42,398 nt of DNA from Methanobacterium sp. (GTDB lineage: Archaea; Methanobacteriota; Methanobacteria; Methanobacteriales; Methanobacteriaceae): contig PMWA01000042.1 of assembly GCA_003166335.1 (NCBI GenBank), positions 1-42,398 of the forward strand, written 5' to 3'. Under the pieces are notes generated by a model that was not told where the DNA came from, did no database searches, and was given only the letters and a program-made list of their open reading frames with translations. Shown piece after piece: positions 1 to 10,859 of this stretch (positions are counted from its first letter, which is position 1; each line of letters opens with the position of its first letter). Made by a program: the position numbers and the translations under genes.

Positions 1-803
1 ATCTTCCCAGATATCTCCTTTGCAATATCTGGAAGCACCTCCACCACTCCCTGACCACAATCCAGAACTCTGCCCCCATGATTAGAAACATAACAGGCAC
101 TAGCACCTGAATCCACAACCTTAACCGCATCCTCAACACTCATAATACCCTTGAAAATCACTGGTTTTCCAGTGCAATCCACCAACTCCTGAAGATCCTT
201 CTCACTTTTCCGATAAAGCTTATTTTCAGAATCAGTCCAAAACATGGATCCAGCACCATCAAGATCTACACCAATTCCAATAACATCTAATTCATCAGCC
301 AATTGAAAAAGCTGAATGAGCCGCTCCTGCGAATGAGGCTTAAATATTGGAATACCCCATCCATCATTCTCCCCCACAATTGTTACACCCAATTCATCAG
401 GACAAGCAGGACTATTCCCCACCATACCTATAGACCCACAATCTTGTGCTCCTTTCAAAAGGCCCCAATAAAAAGCTTCTTCAGAAACTACATCATTAAG
501 ACTATATTTAACTCCTGAAAGAGCAGCACCCATAACTGGAATAGTTAATTCTTTTCCAAATATTGAAATCGACATTTCCGGCTCATGATGAGCCTTGATT
601 ACCCGCATCTTCAAACGATACTGATGTAAAGCATAATAATTGGCTTCAAATGTCTTAGTCTGACCAGCACCCCCTAAACCGATGGAAGATCCAAACTTCT
701 CTGGCGTACATATCCAGTCAGGTTTACCATCACAAACCATATAAAAATCTTCGAGCATATTTCTAGCCATGGTATAATAATAATTTAAATCCTTATTTTT
801 CAT
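1..803 (-). CDS. FMN-dependent alpha-hydroxy-acid oxidase/dehydrogenase family protein (3' end runs off the window)
   Basis: Not in the ORF track. Manual translation from ATG 803 (SD AGGTGA upstream): MKNKDLNYYYTMARNML...PVMGAALSG...VIFKGIMS...VSNHGGRVLD. SNHGGR is the family's active-site signature. Confidence 0.9.
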   Translation of the reverse strand, partial: MKNKDLNYYYTMARNMLEDFYMVCDGKPDWICTPEKFGSSIGLGGAGQTKTFEANYYALHQYRLKMRVIKAHHEPEMSISIFGKELTIPVMGAALSGVKYSLNDVVSEEAFYWGLLKGAQDCGSIGMVGNSPACPDELGVTIVGENDGWGIPIFKPHSQERLIQLFQLADELDVIGIGVDLDGAGSMFWTDSENKLYRKSEKDLQELVDCTGKPVIFKGIMSVEDAVKVVDSGASACYVSNHGGRVLDCGQGVVEVLPDIAKEISGK

Positions 804-889
804 ACAATTTTTCACCTACAATCACTTATTTTTATTTTCAGATTTAATTAACAGTAGAATTTTCCCATAGCTACTTCTTACTCCATTCT

Positions 890-1043
890 TTAAGTAACGA
901 TTTTTGGAAACTACATTAGATCAAAGAATTTATCTGCCTCATCCCTAGTGGGAATTCCTTTGCTGACTGAAAGTTCCTTGAGGAATTGTTTAGTAACGGG
1001 GATCTGTCCATCGCATAACGAATTATTTTCCTTTTGTATCCAT
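890..1043 (-). pseudogene. Decayed small ORF coupled to sdhB; product unknown
   Basis: ATG 3 nt after the sdhB stop, with SD AGGTGA overlapping that stop. It reads MDTKGK*. Removing one A from the A4 run opens MDTKENNSLCDGQIPVTKQFLKELSVSKGIPTRDEADKFFDLM*FPKIVT*. Confidence 0.4.
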
Positions 1044-1046
1044 CAC

Positions 1047-1811
1047 TCACCTTGATTTATTATTTTTCGTTAGTTCAACTCTGGCTTTCGCGATTGCAGT
1101 GTTAGGTGGAACATTCTTTGGACATACTAAACGACAATTGCCACGAAATTCACATGCCCACCATCCATACGGAATATCTGCCTGTTTTAACCTAGATTTT
1201 CTCTTTCTCTCCCTTGGATCTATATAGAAACGGTATAGTTTAGCTAAGGCAGCAGGTCCTAGATATTTCGGATTTCCCCCGTTAATCGGACAGGCTCCGA
1301 AGCAGGCTGCACAGAGGATACAATTAGTATACTGTTCAAGTTCCTTTACTGCTGCTGGCTCCATTAACCTCTCCTTTTCGGGAGCTGGATCTGATGGTTT
1401 TAATACAGGTTCCACAAATAAGTAATCTCGGAAAAATTTACTCGTATTTACAATAAGATCCTTAATGACGGGAAGATGGGGAAGAGGTTCAACCAAAACC
1501 TCATCTTCAGGATCCAATGGTACGGTTTCTTCGATTGCAGGATAGGTTGAAAGGGAAATCTTGTTTTCTTCATTGATTAAAGATGTTATTTGTGTTCTAC
1601 ATGCGAGCCTTGGGATTTTGTTGATTAGCATGGCACATGTGCCGCATACCGCGCCTCTGCATGAGTATCGAAAGGCAAGAGAATCGTCGAATTGTTCCTG
1701 AAACTGGAATAACGCATTCAATACAGTCATTCCTGAATATGGTTCAAATTCAAATATATCATAGCGGGGTGAAACCATCCCCTCATAATATCGGTAGACT
1801 TTTAGTTTCAT
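1047..1811 (-). CDS. sdhB: Succinate dehydrogenase/fumarate reductase iron-sulfur subunit
   Basis: SCRGAVCGTC..C ([2Fe-2S]), CILCAACFGACP ([4Fe-4S]), CEFRGNCRLVCP ([3Fe-4S]-type), EPLPHLPVIKDL and GPAAL motifs. Start overlaps the sdhA stop (TAATG). Confidence 0.93.
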   Translation of the reverse strand: MKLKVYRYYEGMVSPRYDIFEFEPYSGMTVLNALFQFQEQFDDSLAFRYSCRGAVCGTCAMLINKIPRLACRTQITSLINEENKISLSTYPAIEETVPLDPEDEVLVEPLPHLPVIKDLIVNTSKFFRDYLFVEPVLKPSDPAPEKERLMEPAAVKELEQYTNCILCAACFGACPINGGNPKYLGPAALAKLYRFYIDPRERKRKSRLKQADIPYGWWACEFRGNCRLVCPKNVPPNTAIAKARVELTKNNKSR

Positions 1812-3514
1812 TAGTATACGCGCTCCTTTAATTCAAACATGCCTAAATTAACGGGTTTATTGGAAATATTTATCTTTCCATCTTGTATTAAGGTTATTGT
1901 ATGATTTAAAAATCGTTTATCATCACGTTTAGGATAATCTGTTCTAGTATGGGAGCCTCGACTCTCTTCCCTGTTAATGGCACCGTAAGCAACCACTTCA
2001 GCAAGTAGAAGCATATTTTCAAGTTCCAAGAGCCGAATAAGAGCTTGATTTACTGCTCTATCCTTATTATTTATGGAAACCTGAGAAACTTGATCTTGTA
2101 ATTTTTTAATTTCTGAAAGTCCCCCCTTCATCCTTTGACTATCACGAAAGATTCCGAATTTATTGAACATTGTGTGTTTCATGGAATCTATAATAATAAA
2201 AAGGTGTTTTCCTCCTGTCCGCTCAAGAATCTGCTCGATTCTTGTATCAATTTCTTGCACAGCGTTTTCTACTAATTCAACCTCGGGTTTGGGAATATCC
2301 GAGATATCTTCAATAATTTTATCCGCTATAAGACGCCCGAAAACCACCGTTTCTAGGAGTGAATTTCCACCGAGTCGGTTTGCCCCATGTACACTGATAC
2401 AAGCGCATTCACCAGCAGCATAAAATCCAGTAAGTAATGTAACCCCATTTATGTCTGCATCTATTCCACCCATAGAGTAGTGTTGGCCAGGTTGTATGGG
2501 TATCGGGTCTATTATAGGATCCACGCCGGCAAAATCTATGGCTATTTGCCTAATCCCCGGCAAACGTTCCATGATTTTATCAGCACCCAAATGGCGTAGA
2601 TCAAGGTGAACATAGCCTCCTTCGTAACCTCTTCCTTCTGCAATCTCCATTTCTATGGCCCGTGCTACTACATCCCTTGGGGCTAGATCAATTGATTTAG
2701 GGGCATAATGTTTCATGAAACGCTCCCCATCACGGTTAACGAGAATACCACCCTCACCACGTGCTCCTTCACTCATTAAAATATTGGTCCCGTATAAGGT
2801 GGTTGGATGAAATTGAATAAATTCCATATCTTTAAGCGGCACACCAGCACGAAGTGCTATTGCCTGACCGTCACCATTATTAATGAGTGCGTTTGTCGAT
2901 TTACTGAATATCCGACCAAAACCTCCGGTTGCCATAAGTATAGCCTTCGCGACAAAACCATGAACCCGTCCTGTCATGATTTCAATAGCAGTACATCCAA
3001 CACACCGTCCATTATCATGTACTAATGATGTAACAAAAAATTCTTCGTAGATAGGAATATTACAGTCCATTACATGTTCGTAGAGAGTGTTGAGTGCATT
3101 ATGCCCTGTACGATCCGCTGCATAGCAGGTTCTTGGAAACCCTGCACCACCAAATGGGCGCTGAGCTATTTTCCCATTATCCAACCTTGACCATACCATC
3201 CCCATATGCTCCAATTCAAGTACAGTGGTTGGAGCTTCACGACACATGATTGAAACAGCATTTTGATCGGCAAGATAATCGGAACCTTTGACCGTATCAT
3301 ATGCATGTGTTTCCCAGCTATCAATGGATCCATCTTCACCAGGGATATTGCCAAGAGAGGCATTCATACCACCCTGGGCTGCAACTGAATGGGATCTTAA
3401 TGGATGAACCTTTGAAATCACTACTACGTCGAGATCTGCATCCGAGATCTGCAGGGCGGCTCGAAGTCCGGTCAACCCTCCTCCGATGATAAGAATATCA
3501 TGATGATGAATCAC
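1811..3514 (-). CDS. sdhA: Succinate dehydrogenase/fumarate reductase flavoprotein subunit (start uncertain: GTG 3514 or ATA 3568)
   Basis: GGGLTG FAD-binding loop, RSHSVAAQGG covalent-FAD His motif, QFHPT, EGARGEGG, LAPRD, HYSMGG, HGANRLGGNSL, RxESRGSH and C-terminal RVY. Confidence 0.93.
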   Translation of the reverse strand: MIHHHDILIIGGGLTGLRAALQISDADLDVVVISKVHPLRSHSVAAQGGMNASLGNIPGEDGSIDSWETHAYDTVKGSDYLADQNAVSIMCREAPTTVLELEHMGMVWSRLDNGKIAQRPFGGAGFPRTCYAADRTGHNALNTLYEHVMDCNIPIYEEFFVTSLVHDNGRCVGCTAIEIMTGRVHGFVAKAILMATGGFGRIFSKSTNALINNGDGQAIALRAGVPLKDMEFIQFHPTTLYGTNILMSEGARGEGGILVNRDGERFMKHYAPKSIDLAPRDVVARAIEMEIAEGRGYEGGYVHLDLRHLGADKIMERLPGIRQIAIDFAGVDPIIDPIPIQPGQHYSMGGIDADINGVTLLTGFYAAGECACISVHGANRLGGNSLLETVVFGRLIADKIIEDISDIPKPEVELVENAVQEIDTRIEQILERTGGKHLFIIIDSMKHTMFNKFGIFRDSQRMKGGLSEIKKLQDQVSQVSINNKDRAVNQALIRLLELENMLLLAEVVAYGAINREESRGSHTRTDYPKRDDKRFLNHTITLIQDGKINISNKPVNLGMFELKERVY

Positions 3515-3877
3515 AGATGAACCCTTAGTACTATTACTTTCAGCATTCTGATTTGAAGCTAGTGTTATAGTTTCATCTCCTCTTATTTGAAATATTTTTT
3601 TTAAAATTAGCAATTATATTATAAATATATATTGATCTTAACTTTTAAATAATTTGCTTAAAATAATTTTTTTATAGATTTAAAGCCTAAATAGAAGTTT
3701 TAACCCAGCACATAATATCATAAAATGGGATTTTAAGAGTTGAACTAATTAATTAACATTAAACCTAAGTTTAATTCAACATTATACAGAATATTTAATA
3801 ATATGAAATGTAGAATAAGTTATTAGAATGAGCAAAATTTTTTAGAACAGCATAGCTAACTTTAGGTTTGATTTCTC

Positions 3878-4582
3878 TTGAAAATTTTATCGAAAATGAA
3901 TGATAATAATAGAATACCCATAAACTGTTCCATAGACAATATAATGGGTGGGGGTGTTGAAAAAGGGTGTTTAACTCAGTTTTACGGTCCTCCTGGTTCT
4001 GGTAAGACTAACATAACTTTAAATCTGCTTGCCCAATGTGTGAAACAAGGTGGAGAAGCTATATTTATTGATACTGAAGGTGGATTATCATTGGAAAGAT
4101 TTAAACAAATATCTGGAGGCGATTTTGATAGATTAGCCAGTAGCATAATGATATTAGAACCTAAAACCTTCCAAGAACAGGATCAAGCTTTAAAAAAAGT
4201 GGAAAATCTGATGGAATCAAGAAGAGAAAAAATTGAATTAGTTATCCTTGATTCTGCAGTAGCTCTTTACAGACTCAAAGAAGGTGATTTATCCCAAATC
4301 AATAAAGAATTAGGTAAACAAATGGGTCTTTTATCCAGAATAGCTAGAAAACACTATATAGCTGTGGTAATAACTAATCAAATTTACTCAGTATTTGATG
4401 ATGATACTGAAGGTACCGTAGCACCAGTAGGAGGTACTATACTCACATACTGGAGTAAGATTATGGTGGAGTTGGCGAGGGGCAATTTTAATGGTGAGAG
4501 ATATGCCAGTTTAAAGAGGCATAGAAGCCTGCCTGAAGGTCTTAAAACTCGGTTTAGAATAGTTAATGATGGACTGGAATGA
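3878..4582 (+). CDS. radB: DNA repair and recombination protein RadB
   Basis: Walker [21 protein letters not shown] and the C-terminal basic patch LKRHR; short RecA core without the RadA N-terminal domain. Confidence 0.93.
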   Translation: MKILSKMNDNNRIPINCSIDNIMGGGVEKGCLTQFYGPPGSGKTNITLNLLAQCVKQGGEAIFIDTEGGLSLERFKQISGGDFDRLASSIMILEPKTFQEQDQALKKVENLMESRREKIELVILDSAVALYRLKEGDLSQINKELGKQMGLLSRIARKHYIAVVITNQIYSVFDDDTEGTVAPVGGTILTYWSKIMVELARGNFNGERYASLKRHRSLPEGLKTRFRIVNDGLE

Positions 4583-4699
4583 ACATTTAAATATTCCTAA
4601 AAAGATAAAATTTAATGTATACATTATTAAGATATTAAAAAATTTATTATGATAACGAATTCTTTATAATATATAACAATTTTAAGTGACGTGAGCTGT

Positions 4700-5860
4700 A
4701 TGATTTCACCAAAGAAGTATGCTAGAACTGCAAAAAAAGTACCAAAAGGGTTTGAAACTCCAAATGAATTCTTTAACTACGTTTATAATGATGAAGAAAT
4801 GATTTGGATGGGCCAAAACACCAACCATCTTCATCATGAAAATGGTATAGTGGAAGCCATGATGGGAAGTATAAAAAAAGGAGACTATGCTAAATATCCT
4901 CCACCAGAAGGATTTCCAGAATTAAAAGAGCTGATAAGAGAAGATTTAGGACTTGTCCATGGATTTGACGCATTAATAACTGCCGGTGGTACTGAATCAT
5001 TATATTTGTGTATCAATGATATTTTAGAGCCGAAAAATAACACTATAACATGTGATCCTGGTTATCTCATCATTGATAACTTCGCTAGTAGATTTGGTAA
5101 AGTTAAATCCGTTTCAATATACAATAAGGAATGTAGTTACAAGCTAACTCCGGAGTTAGTAAGACAAAATATGGATGAAAACACAAAGCTCATATGTCTA
5201 ATAGACCCTCTAAATCCATTAGGATCATCATACACGAAGGAAGAATTAAGAGAATTCAAGGAAATTGCAGAGGAAAATGATATTTACTTAATTAATGACA
5301 TCACCTATCGAGATTTTGCAAGGGATCATAATCTCATGGCTAAGTATGCTCCAGAACATACTATCACCATATACAGTTTCTCTAAAATATATGGAATGGC
5401 CGGCCTGCGCATAGGTGCTATGATATCAACTCCTGAAATTATAAATTCCGTACGCACCATCCTTATAAATGATCTGGGCACTAATCTTGTTGCTCAGAAA
5501 GGAGCTATAGCTGCAGTTAATTCCAAATATGAATGGTTAGATAGAATTAGGAAAATCACTCATCACAACCAAAAACTTATCAAAAAAGCTGTGGATGAAT
5601 TGGAAAATGTATTCATACCAGTTTACCCTTCTGATGGGAATATGATGGTTATTGACATGTACGATGCTGATTTAGATCCACGTAAAGTGGCAGATTATCT
5701 CCTAAATAAAGGAATATTTGCTAGGGAAGGATCTTATACTAGTAAAAGATTTGGTCACCGTTATTTGAGGGTGAGTTACTCAATACCTACTGAACAAGTG
5801 AAATACTTTGTCGAATGTTTCTTAGAAGCTATGAATAATAAAAATGTTATAAATAAATAA
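4700..5860 (+). CDS. PLP-dependent aminotransferase, class I/II
   Basis: YPPPEG, TAGGTE, NPLGS, DITY and [14 protein letters not shown] (PLP lysine). Confidence 0.88.
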   Translation: MISPKKYARTAKKVPKGFETPNEFFNYVYNDEEMIWMGQNTNHLHHENGIVEAMMGSIKKGDYAKYPPPEGFPELKELIREDLGLVHGFDALITAGGTESLYLCINDILEPKNNTITCDPGYLIIDNFASRFGKVKSVSIYNKECSYKLTPELVRQNMDENTKLICLIDPLNPLGSSYTKEELREFKEIAEENDIYLINDITYRDFARDHNLMAKYAPEHTITIYSFSKIYGMAGLRIGAMISTPEIINSVRTILINDLGTNLVAQKGAIAAVNSKYEWLDRIRKITHHNQKLIKKAVDELENVFIPVYPSDGNMMVIDMYDADLDPRKVADYLLNKGIFAREGSYTSKRFGHRYLRVSYSIPTEQVKYFVECFLEAMNNKNVINK

Positions 5861-5883
5861 TTTTTTTTTAGCCATATTTTTTT

Positions 5884-7659
5884 TTAACTCTCCAAATAAT
5901 AATATTCTCCTTTTTCCTTCTGTTCCCGATCCAGATAACTTCCTATTTTATTTACTCGTGGTCTTTTGGTTTCTTTATCCCTGCGGAAAGTGATCCCCAC
6001 ATTTGAAAGGAAACGATTCATAGCGGAACGCAGATCCGTTGGAGCGCTAGCATGACCTTCCACTCCAGGCTCCCCATAGAATACCATAGCCCGATCAGAG
6101 ATGTAATCAATAAAAATAATATCATGATCTATAATAATGGCCGAAGCATTACGACTTTCAACTACCCTTTTAATGGTTCTAGCAGCTTTTAATCTTTGCT
6201 CAACATCTAAAAATGCAGTGAGTTCATCAAATAAATAGATTTCCGCATCTTTTGATAAAGTTATGGCCAGTGAAAGTCTCTGCAATTCTCCTCCACTAAG
6301 ATCCTGAACTTCTTTATCTAACAGTTTATCCAAAGAAAACGGCTTCATAATTTCAGTTTTGAATATTTTACTCCCATAACTCGGTATTCTAGTAATTAGA
6401 AGTTCCTGTACTGTTCCGGGATAATCTGAATTTAAATATTGAGGTTTATAGGCTATGGTAACTTTTTTGTTGATCATTCCAGAATCAGAGTTAGTTACAC
6501 CTGCTAAAATCTTGGCATAAGTGGTTTTTCCAATACCATTAGGTCCGAAAGCAGTGATGATTTCATCATGATGCACCTTACCTTCTTCAATTTCCAGATG
6601 AAATTCTTTATAAGATTTTTTAAGGTTAGAATATTTAGCTAACACATCAGTTTCAATGGCAGCAGCAGGAGGCCTCACTTCAAAGATTATGGGCTGCTTA
6701 CGGAATCTTACATTCTCTTCACGCAGAAAACCATTTATATAAGTGTTTATCCCGGCTCGAACTCCTCTTTGCTGAGATATCACCCCATATCCTCCGGGTT
6801 CTCCATAGAGTATGTGCACATAATCTGATATAGCATCTAAGGCAGCTAAATCATGTTCAATTACTAGAACTGAATTATCTTCTTCTGCAACTTTTCGTAT
6901 TACCCTAACAACATTCAAACGTTGCCGAACATCTAACCAACTGGTAGGTTCATCAAAATAATAAAAATCAGCTTCTCTAAGTACAGCAGCGGCTATAGCC
7001 ACCCTTTGTAACTCTCCTCCACTGAGATTTTTAATATTCCTTTTTAGGATGGATTTCAATTCTAAAGATTCTTGAACTTCGTCTAGAACATTTCTTTCAT
7101 TCACTTTATCCAGTAAGTTCTCAACAGTGCCTTTTACAAATTTGGGTAGAAGACCTACCATTTGTGGCTTATGTACTAGTTTTAATTCTCCCTTGGAAAG
7201 TTTTTTGAAGTAAATTTGGAGTGCAGACCCTTTAAAGAATTTTATAATGTCTTCCCAATCTACTTCATCTTCATAATTTCCTAGATTAGGTTTAAGTTCT
7301 CCCGATAATATGCGAATTACGGTGGATTTACCAATACCATTAGGACCTAACATTCCAGTTACAAAACCCTCCCTGATAGTAGGTAGCCCGAATAATTCGA
7401 ACATATTTTGTCCATAACGATGGATAGGCTCTTCTAAAGCCTCAGGCAAGTTAATAATACTCACTGCTTGGAATGGACAGCGATTGGTGCATATACCACA
7501 TCCAGAACATAGTTCTTCTGATATTTTAGGTTTTTTTGTTTTTTCATCGATAATAATAGTGTCTTCTTCCATGCGCACACCCGGACAGTATTCTATGCAC
7601 ACGTAGTTACATTTCTTTGGCTGGCAACGGTCAAGGTCCAGTATAGATATTCTAGTCAA
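5884..7659 (-). CDS. Ribosome recycling ATPase ABCE1/RLI
   Basis: N-terminal 2x[4Fe-4S] domain ([27 protein letters not shown]), two ABC domains ([17 protein letters not shown]), C-terminal GEYYY. Likely TTG start at 7659 after SD GGTGGTGA. Confidence 0.96.
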   Translation of the reverse strand: MTRISILDLDRCQPKKCNYVCIEYCPGVRMEEDTIIIDEKTKKPKISEELCSGCGICTNRCPFQAVSIINLPEALEEPIHRYGQNMFELFGLPTIREGFVTGMLGPNGIGKSTVIRILSGELKPNLGNYEDEVDWEDIIKFFKGSALQIYFKKLSKGELKLVHKPQMVGLLPKFVKGTVENLLDKVNERNVLDEVQESLELKSILKRNIKNLSGGELQRVAIAAAVLREADFYYFDEPTSWLDVRQRLNVVRVIRKVAEEDNSVLVIEHDLAALDAISDYVHILYGEPGGYGVISQQRGVRAGINTYINGFLREENVRFRKQPIIFEVRPPAAAIETDVLAKYSNLKKSYKEFHLEIEEGKVHHDEIITAFGPNGIGKTTYAKILAGVTNSDSGMINKKVTIAYKPQYLNSDYPGTVQELLITRIPSYGSKIFKTEIMKPFSLDKLLDKEVQDLSGGELQRLSLAITLSKDAEIYLFDELTAFLDVEQRLKAARTIKRVVESRNASAIIIDHDIIFIDYISDRAMVFYGEPGVEGHASAPTDLRSAMNRFLSNVGITFRRDKETKRPRVNKIGSYLDREQKEKGEYYYLES

Positions 7660-7856
7660 ATTCACCACCAATATAAAATGAGTAATATTCAAATTTGTTA
7701 ATGTTTTATTAATATTTCTATAATCAGTACTAAATTGAAATAGTATTTGTAAACTCCAGTTAAATAATATAGCTATTTTTAATAACTTAAATGATCTAAT
7801 TTCAAAGTTTATTCTCCAAAAAAAAATAAATTAATTTTAAAAAAAAAGAAAAGAAT

Positions 7857-8063
7857 TTAGATTGCTTTTAAAGCCAACTCAATGTCTGATGTTTTAACTG
7901 TTTTTCTTCCAGCGTGTTTTGCGAGTTTAACAGCTTCTAAAGCTATTTTTTCACCATATTCTTCCAATACCTTTGCTAATTCATCCCGGGCATCATCACT
8001 TACTCTCTGAGCACCGGCATTTTTTATGATCCGTCCTACCGGAGCTATTGGTAATTCAGTCAT
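7857..8063 (-). CDS. Archaeal histone (HMf family)
   Basis: [20 protein letters not shown]...[25 protein letters not shown]-like CTTAAATA near 8100-8107. Confidence 0.97.
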   Translation of the reverse strand: MTELPIAPVGRIIKNAGAQRVSDDARDELAKVLEEYGEKIALEAVKLAKHAGRKTVKTSDIELALKAI

Positions 8064-8415
8064 TAAATCACCTCACATTTTCTTTTTAAGACTCTTTACT
8101 ATTTAAGTTTGTTGATTTTTTTCTTAGTTATAGTCCTTCTCCCTATTGCCTTTTCCATAAAAACTCTAATTAATTTTATTGTTAAAATATATCTTTATTT
8201 TTATTTACCTTAAAAAATAGTTTTATTAAAAAAATATTATAGTAGCTTAAAAGTCAATTTAATAAAAGTTGATTATTTATTTATAATTAAATTATTTAGA
8301 TATCTATAGAAAATCTAATTAAAATAAACAATGAATAAATTAATTACTTAATAAATAAAATTAGTAGATTAGATCATTTTTTTAAATAATATTTCAATAA
8401 GAGGAAGGATTTGAA

Positions 8416-8874
8416 ATGGTTATAAAAATTAAAAGCACCGTTTTTGATGAAGGAAAACCTATACCAACCAAGTACACTTGTAGTGGAGTTGATATATCTC
8501 CACCATTAGACTGGAACTCTTTACCTGAGGATACCGTAAGTATTGGTATTATATGTGAGGATCCAGATGCTCCGGGAGGTACCTGGAGTCATTGGGTTAT
8601 ATTCAACTTACCAGCAGATACTATGAGTCTTTCAGAACATATAATGAGTCGAGAAATCATGGATAACGGTACTATACAGGGATTAAATGACTTCGGGAGA
8701 GTTGGTTATGGAGGACCATGTCCACCTAGCGGGACACATCATTACTATTATAAAATCTACGCTCTGGATATTAAACTAGATTTACCACCTAGAACAAGTA
8801 GAAAAACATTTTTAGAAACCATAAATGGGCATATAATTGATCAAGGTCAAATTATGGGAACTTATACACGATAA
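8416..8874 (+). CDS. YbhB/YbcL family (PEBP / Raf kinase inhibitor-like) protein
   Basis: SPPLDW, EDPDAP, HWVIFN, GYGGPCPP and HHYYY..YALD motifs. Confidence 0.93.
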   Translation: MVIKIKSTVFDEGKPIPTKYTCSGVDISPPLDWNSLPEDTVSIGIICEDPDAPGGTWSHWVIFNLPADTMSLSEHIMSREIMDNGTIQGLNDFGRVGYGGPCPPSGTHHYYYKIYALDIKLDLPPRTSRKTFLETINGHIIDQGQIMGTYTR

Positions 8875-9074
8875 AAAAAAATTTATAATTCAATTTTTAG
8901 AAATTTTTATTTCACATAAATAAAAAAGTTTAAAATCTTAAATTTTCTTATAAGAAAAAACTGAATTTAACATAAATTTAGTAATATACTTTAGTTATTA
9001 TTATTGAAGTTATTTACATACATTTCAGATAATTCTTTTTTTGGATAAATTTAATTTAATTTGGTGGTCTAAAG

Positions 9075-10766
9075 TTGAAGAATCCAATTGATATCAATGC
9101 TAAATTCAGAGAAATCTATAAAAATCCACTTTTTAAGTTAACAGTAATTACTACAGTGATAACAGTTTACTTAATAATCCGTCAGGAAAATATAGGGGTT
9201 CCGTATTACGATGTTTTTGTTTATTTAAATAACGCCCTTATCTTCGCAGGAATACCTGTGGGGAATATGAGTGTAATCTATTTATCTCCATTAATGCCCA
9301 TTTTAACTTCCTTGGTTTTCAGGACAGGTTACATCTCAGCAAATGTTATTTTCATTTTGGATGGACTTATATTTATTTCTGGAGTTATTGGACTTTATTT
9401 AATTTTCAGAGAACGTTTCAACGAAATTCAGAGCCTTGTAGGTAGTTTAATATTCATTTCATTTCCATTAGTATATTCATGGGCTGCTTCAGGTGCTATA
9501 GATGTTCCTGGAGTTTCATTTTCAATATGGGTTATATACGCACTTGTTATGGGTGTGAGAAAAAATTCAAAGTTATTATATCTAGTTTTTCCACTGTTTA
9601 CGGTGGCTTTTCTTGCAAGATATACTTCAGCAATCTTAGTTTTCCCCATGATCCTTTACTTACTAATGAATGATGATTTCATTAAAAATATGAAAAAAAT
9701 TAGTTTTGGTATATTAGCGGGATTAGTTATTATAACTCCCTTTTTCATATATATCTATGAAAAGTTAGGGAATTTAAATTCCATTATAAACATTTTTACT
9801 TCTACTTTGATTGGTTCGGGAGCATCAGTAAATGATCTGGGTTATAATCCAGATAAACTATATTATCTAACTCATATATTAAATTACATCTCTGTAAGCC
9901 CCCTCCAAGGAACTTATAGTCAAATATTAAATCCATCTTATGGATTTCCATCTGTTTTATCATATATTACAGTTATAATAGTCCTTTTTGGATTAAGTAT
10001 ATATTTATATGGGATTATGAAGAAAAAAATCCAAGAAATCGACATTTACAACAAAAACAAAACCAATTTACAATTAATAATACTCATTCTTCTGTTTATA
10101 GTTGGAATTTTGAGTTTTTTCACGAGTTCTTATCTGATCACTGAATTCATTATCCTTGGTGCTTTATATGTAGGATACAGATTATTAAAAGGGACAAAAA
10201 TTAAAAATCTGGAAATCGATTTCCTATTCTTATCATGGTTTGTCTCTTTTTTCATATTCCACAGCATTATCCCACTTAAAGTAGACAGGTACTTTATTAC
10301 CATGTCACCTGCATTAGCCTATTTCATTATTTTAGGTTTAAGTATCGTTATTGAAAAATATAAATTTAAATTTAAACAAGAGAAGCTAAAATCCGGGGGT
10401 TTATACTTTATTGTTGGTTTAGTGTTTCTATCATCCATTACAGCCGTTAATTTAGGTCATACTCCCAAGCATGGTTATGGGTTTTATATTCAATCTGCCA
10501 GTGATTGGTTGATGGAATATGATCCCAACTACCAAGATAAAGTGATCTATTCAGATTACGATCCTGCATTAACATGGAGCCTTAAAAAAGAAGTGAAATT
10601 TGGAGTTCCACGTTTATATACTAGTTCAGAAGCATTTTCCAACTATTTGATAGGAAATAATGCAGATTACTATATAGACACTCTTAGCAATCCTAAACCT
10701 GATATTCCGGGTTATCACATTATTAAAAATATTACAAGTATCTCAATTTATGAATCAAATTCTTAG
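9075..10766 (+). CDS. GT-C fold membrane glycosyltransferase (GT39/ArnT/PMT-like)
   Basis: Many TM helices, early loop YYDVFVYLNNA, LSPL, D.P, LARYT, KVDRYF, and a soluble C-terminal domain. Confidence 0.8.
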   Translation: MKNPIDINAKFREIYKNPLFKLTVITTVITVYLIIRQENIGVPYYDVFVYLNNALIFAGIPVGNMSVIYLSPLMPILTSLVFRTGYISANVIFILDGLIFISGVIGLYLIFRERFNEIQSLVGSLIFISFPLVYSWAASGAIDVPGVSFSIWVIYALVMGVRKNSKLLYLVFPLFTVAFLARYTSAILVFPMILYLLMNDDFIKNMKKISFGILAGLVIITPFFIYIYEKLGNLNSIINIFTSTLIGSGASVNDLGYNPDKLYYLTHILNYISVSPLQGTYSQILNPSYGFPSVLSYITVIIVLFGLSIYLYGIMKKKIQEIDIYNKNKTNLQLIILILLFIVGILSFFTSSYLITEFIILGALYVGYRLLKGTKIKNLEIDFLFLSWFVSFFIFHSIIPLKVDRYFITMSPALAYFIILGLSIVIEKYKFKFKQEKLKSGGLYFIVGLVFLSSITAVNLGHTPKHGYGFYIQSASDWLMEYDPNYQDKVIYSDYDPALTWSLKKEVKFGVPRLYTSSEAFSNYLIGNNADYYIDTLSNPKPDIPGYHIIKNITSISIYESNS

Positions 10767-10859
10767 AATATTTTTACAAAAGAAATTGTTGTCATAAACT
10801 TATGTATTTGAATAGGAATTTAAAACTTATATTTTTTTCTGTTTGGAGGTTTAATTAAT

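Noticed and set aside
1047..3570. Calling the Sdh pair the methanogen thiol:fumarate reductase TfrAB
   Set aside because: The Fe-S subunit lacks the C-terminal CCG domain, and the flavoprotein has the bacterial-type covalent-FAD His motif.
3749..3780. GTTGAA...ATTAAAC/GTTTAAT...TTCAAC dyad between sdhA and radB, superficially like a CRISPR repeat or IS end
   Set aside because: Single copy, AT-rich, with no spacers, cas genes or transposase nearby.
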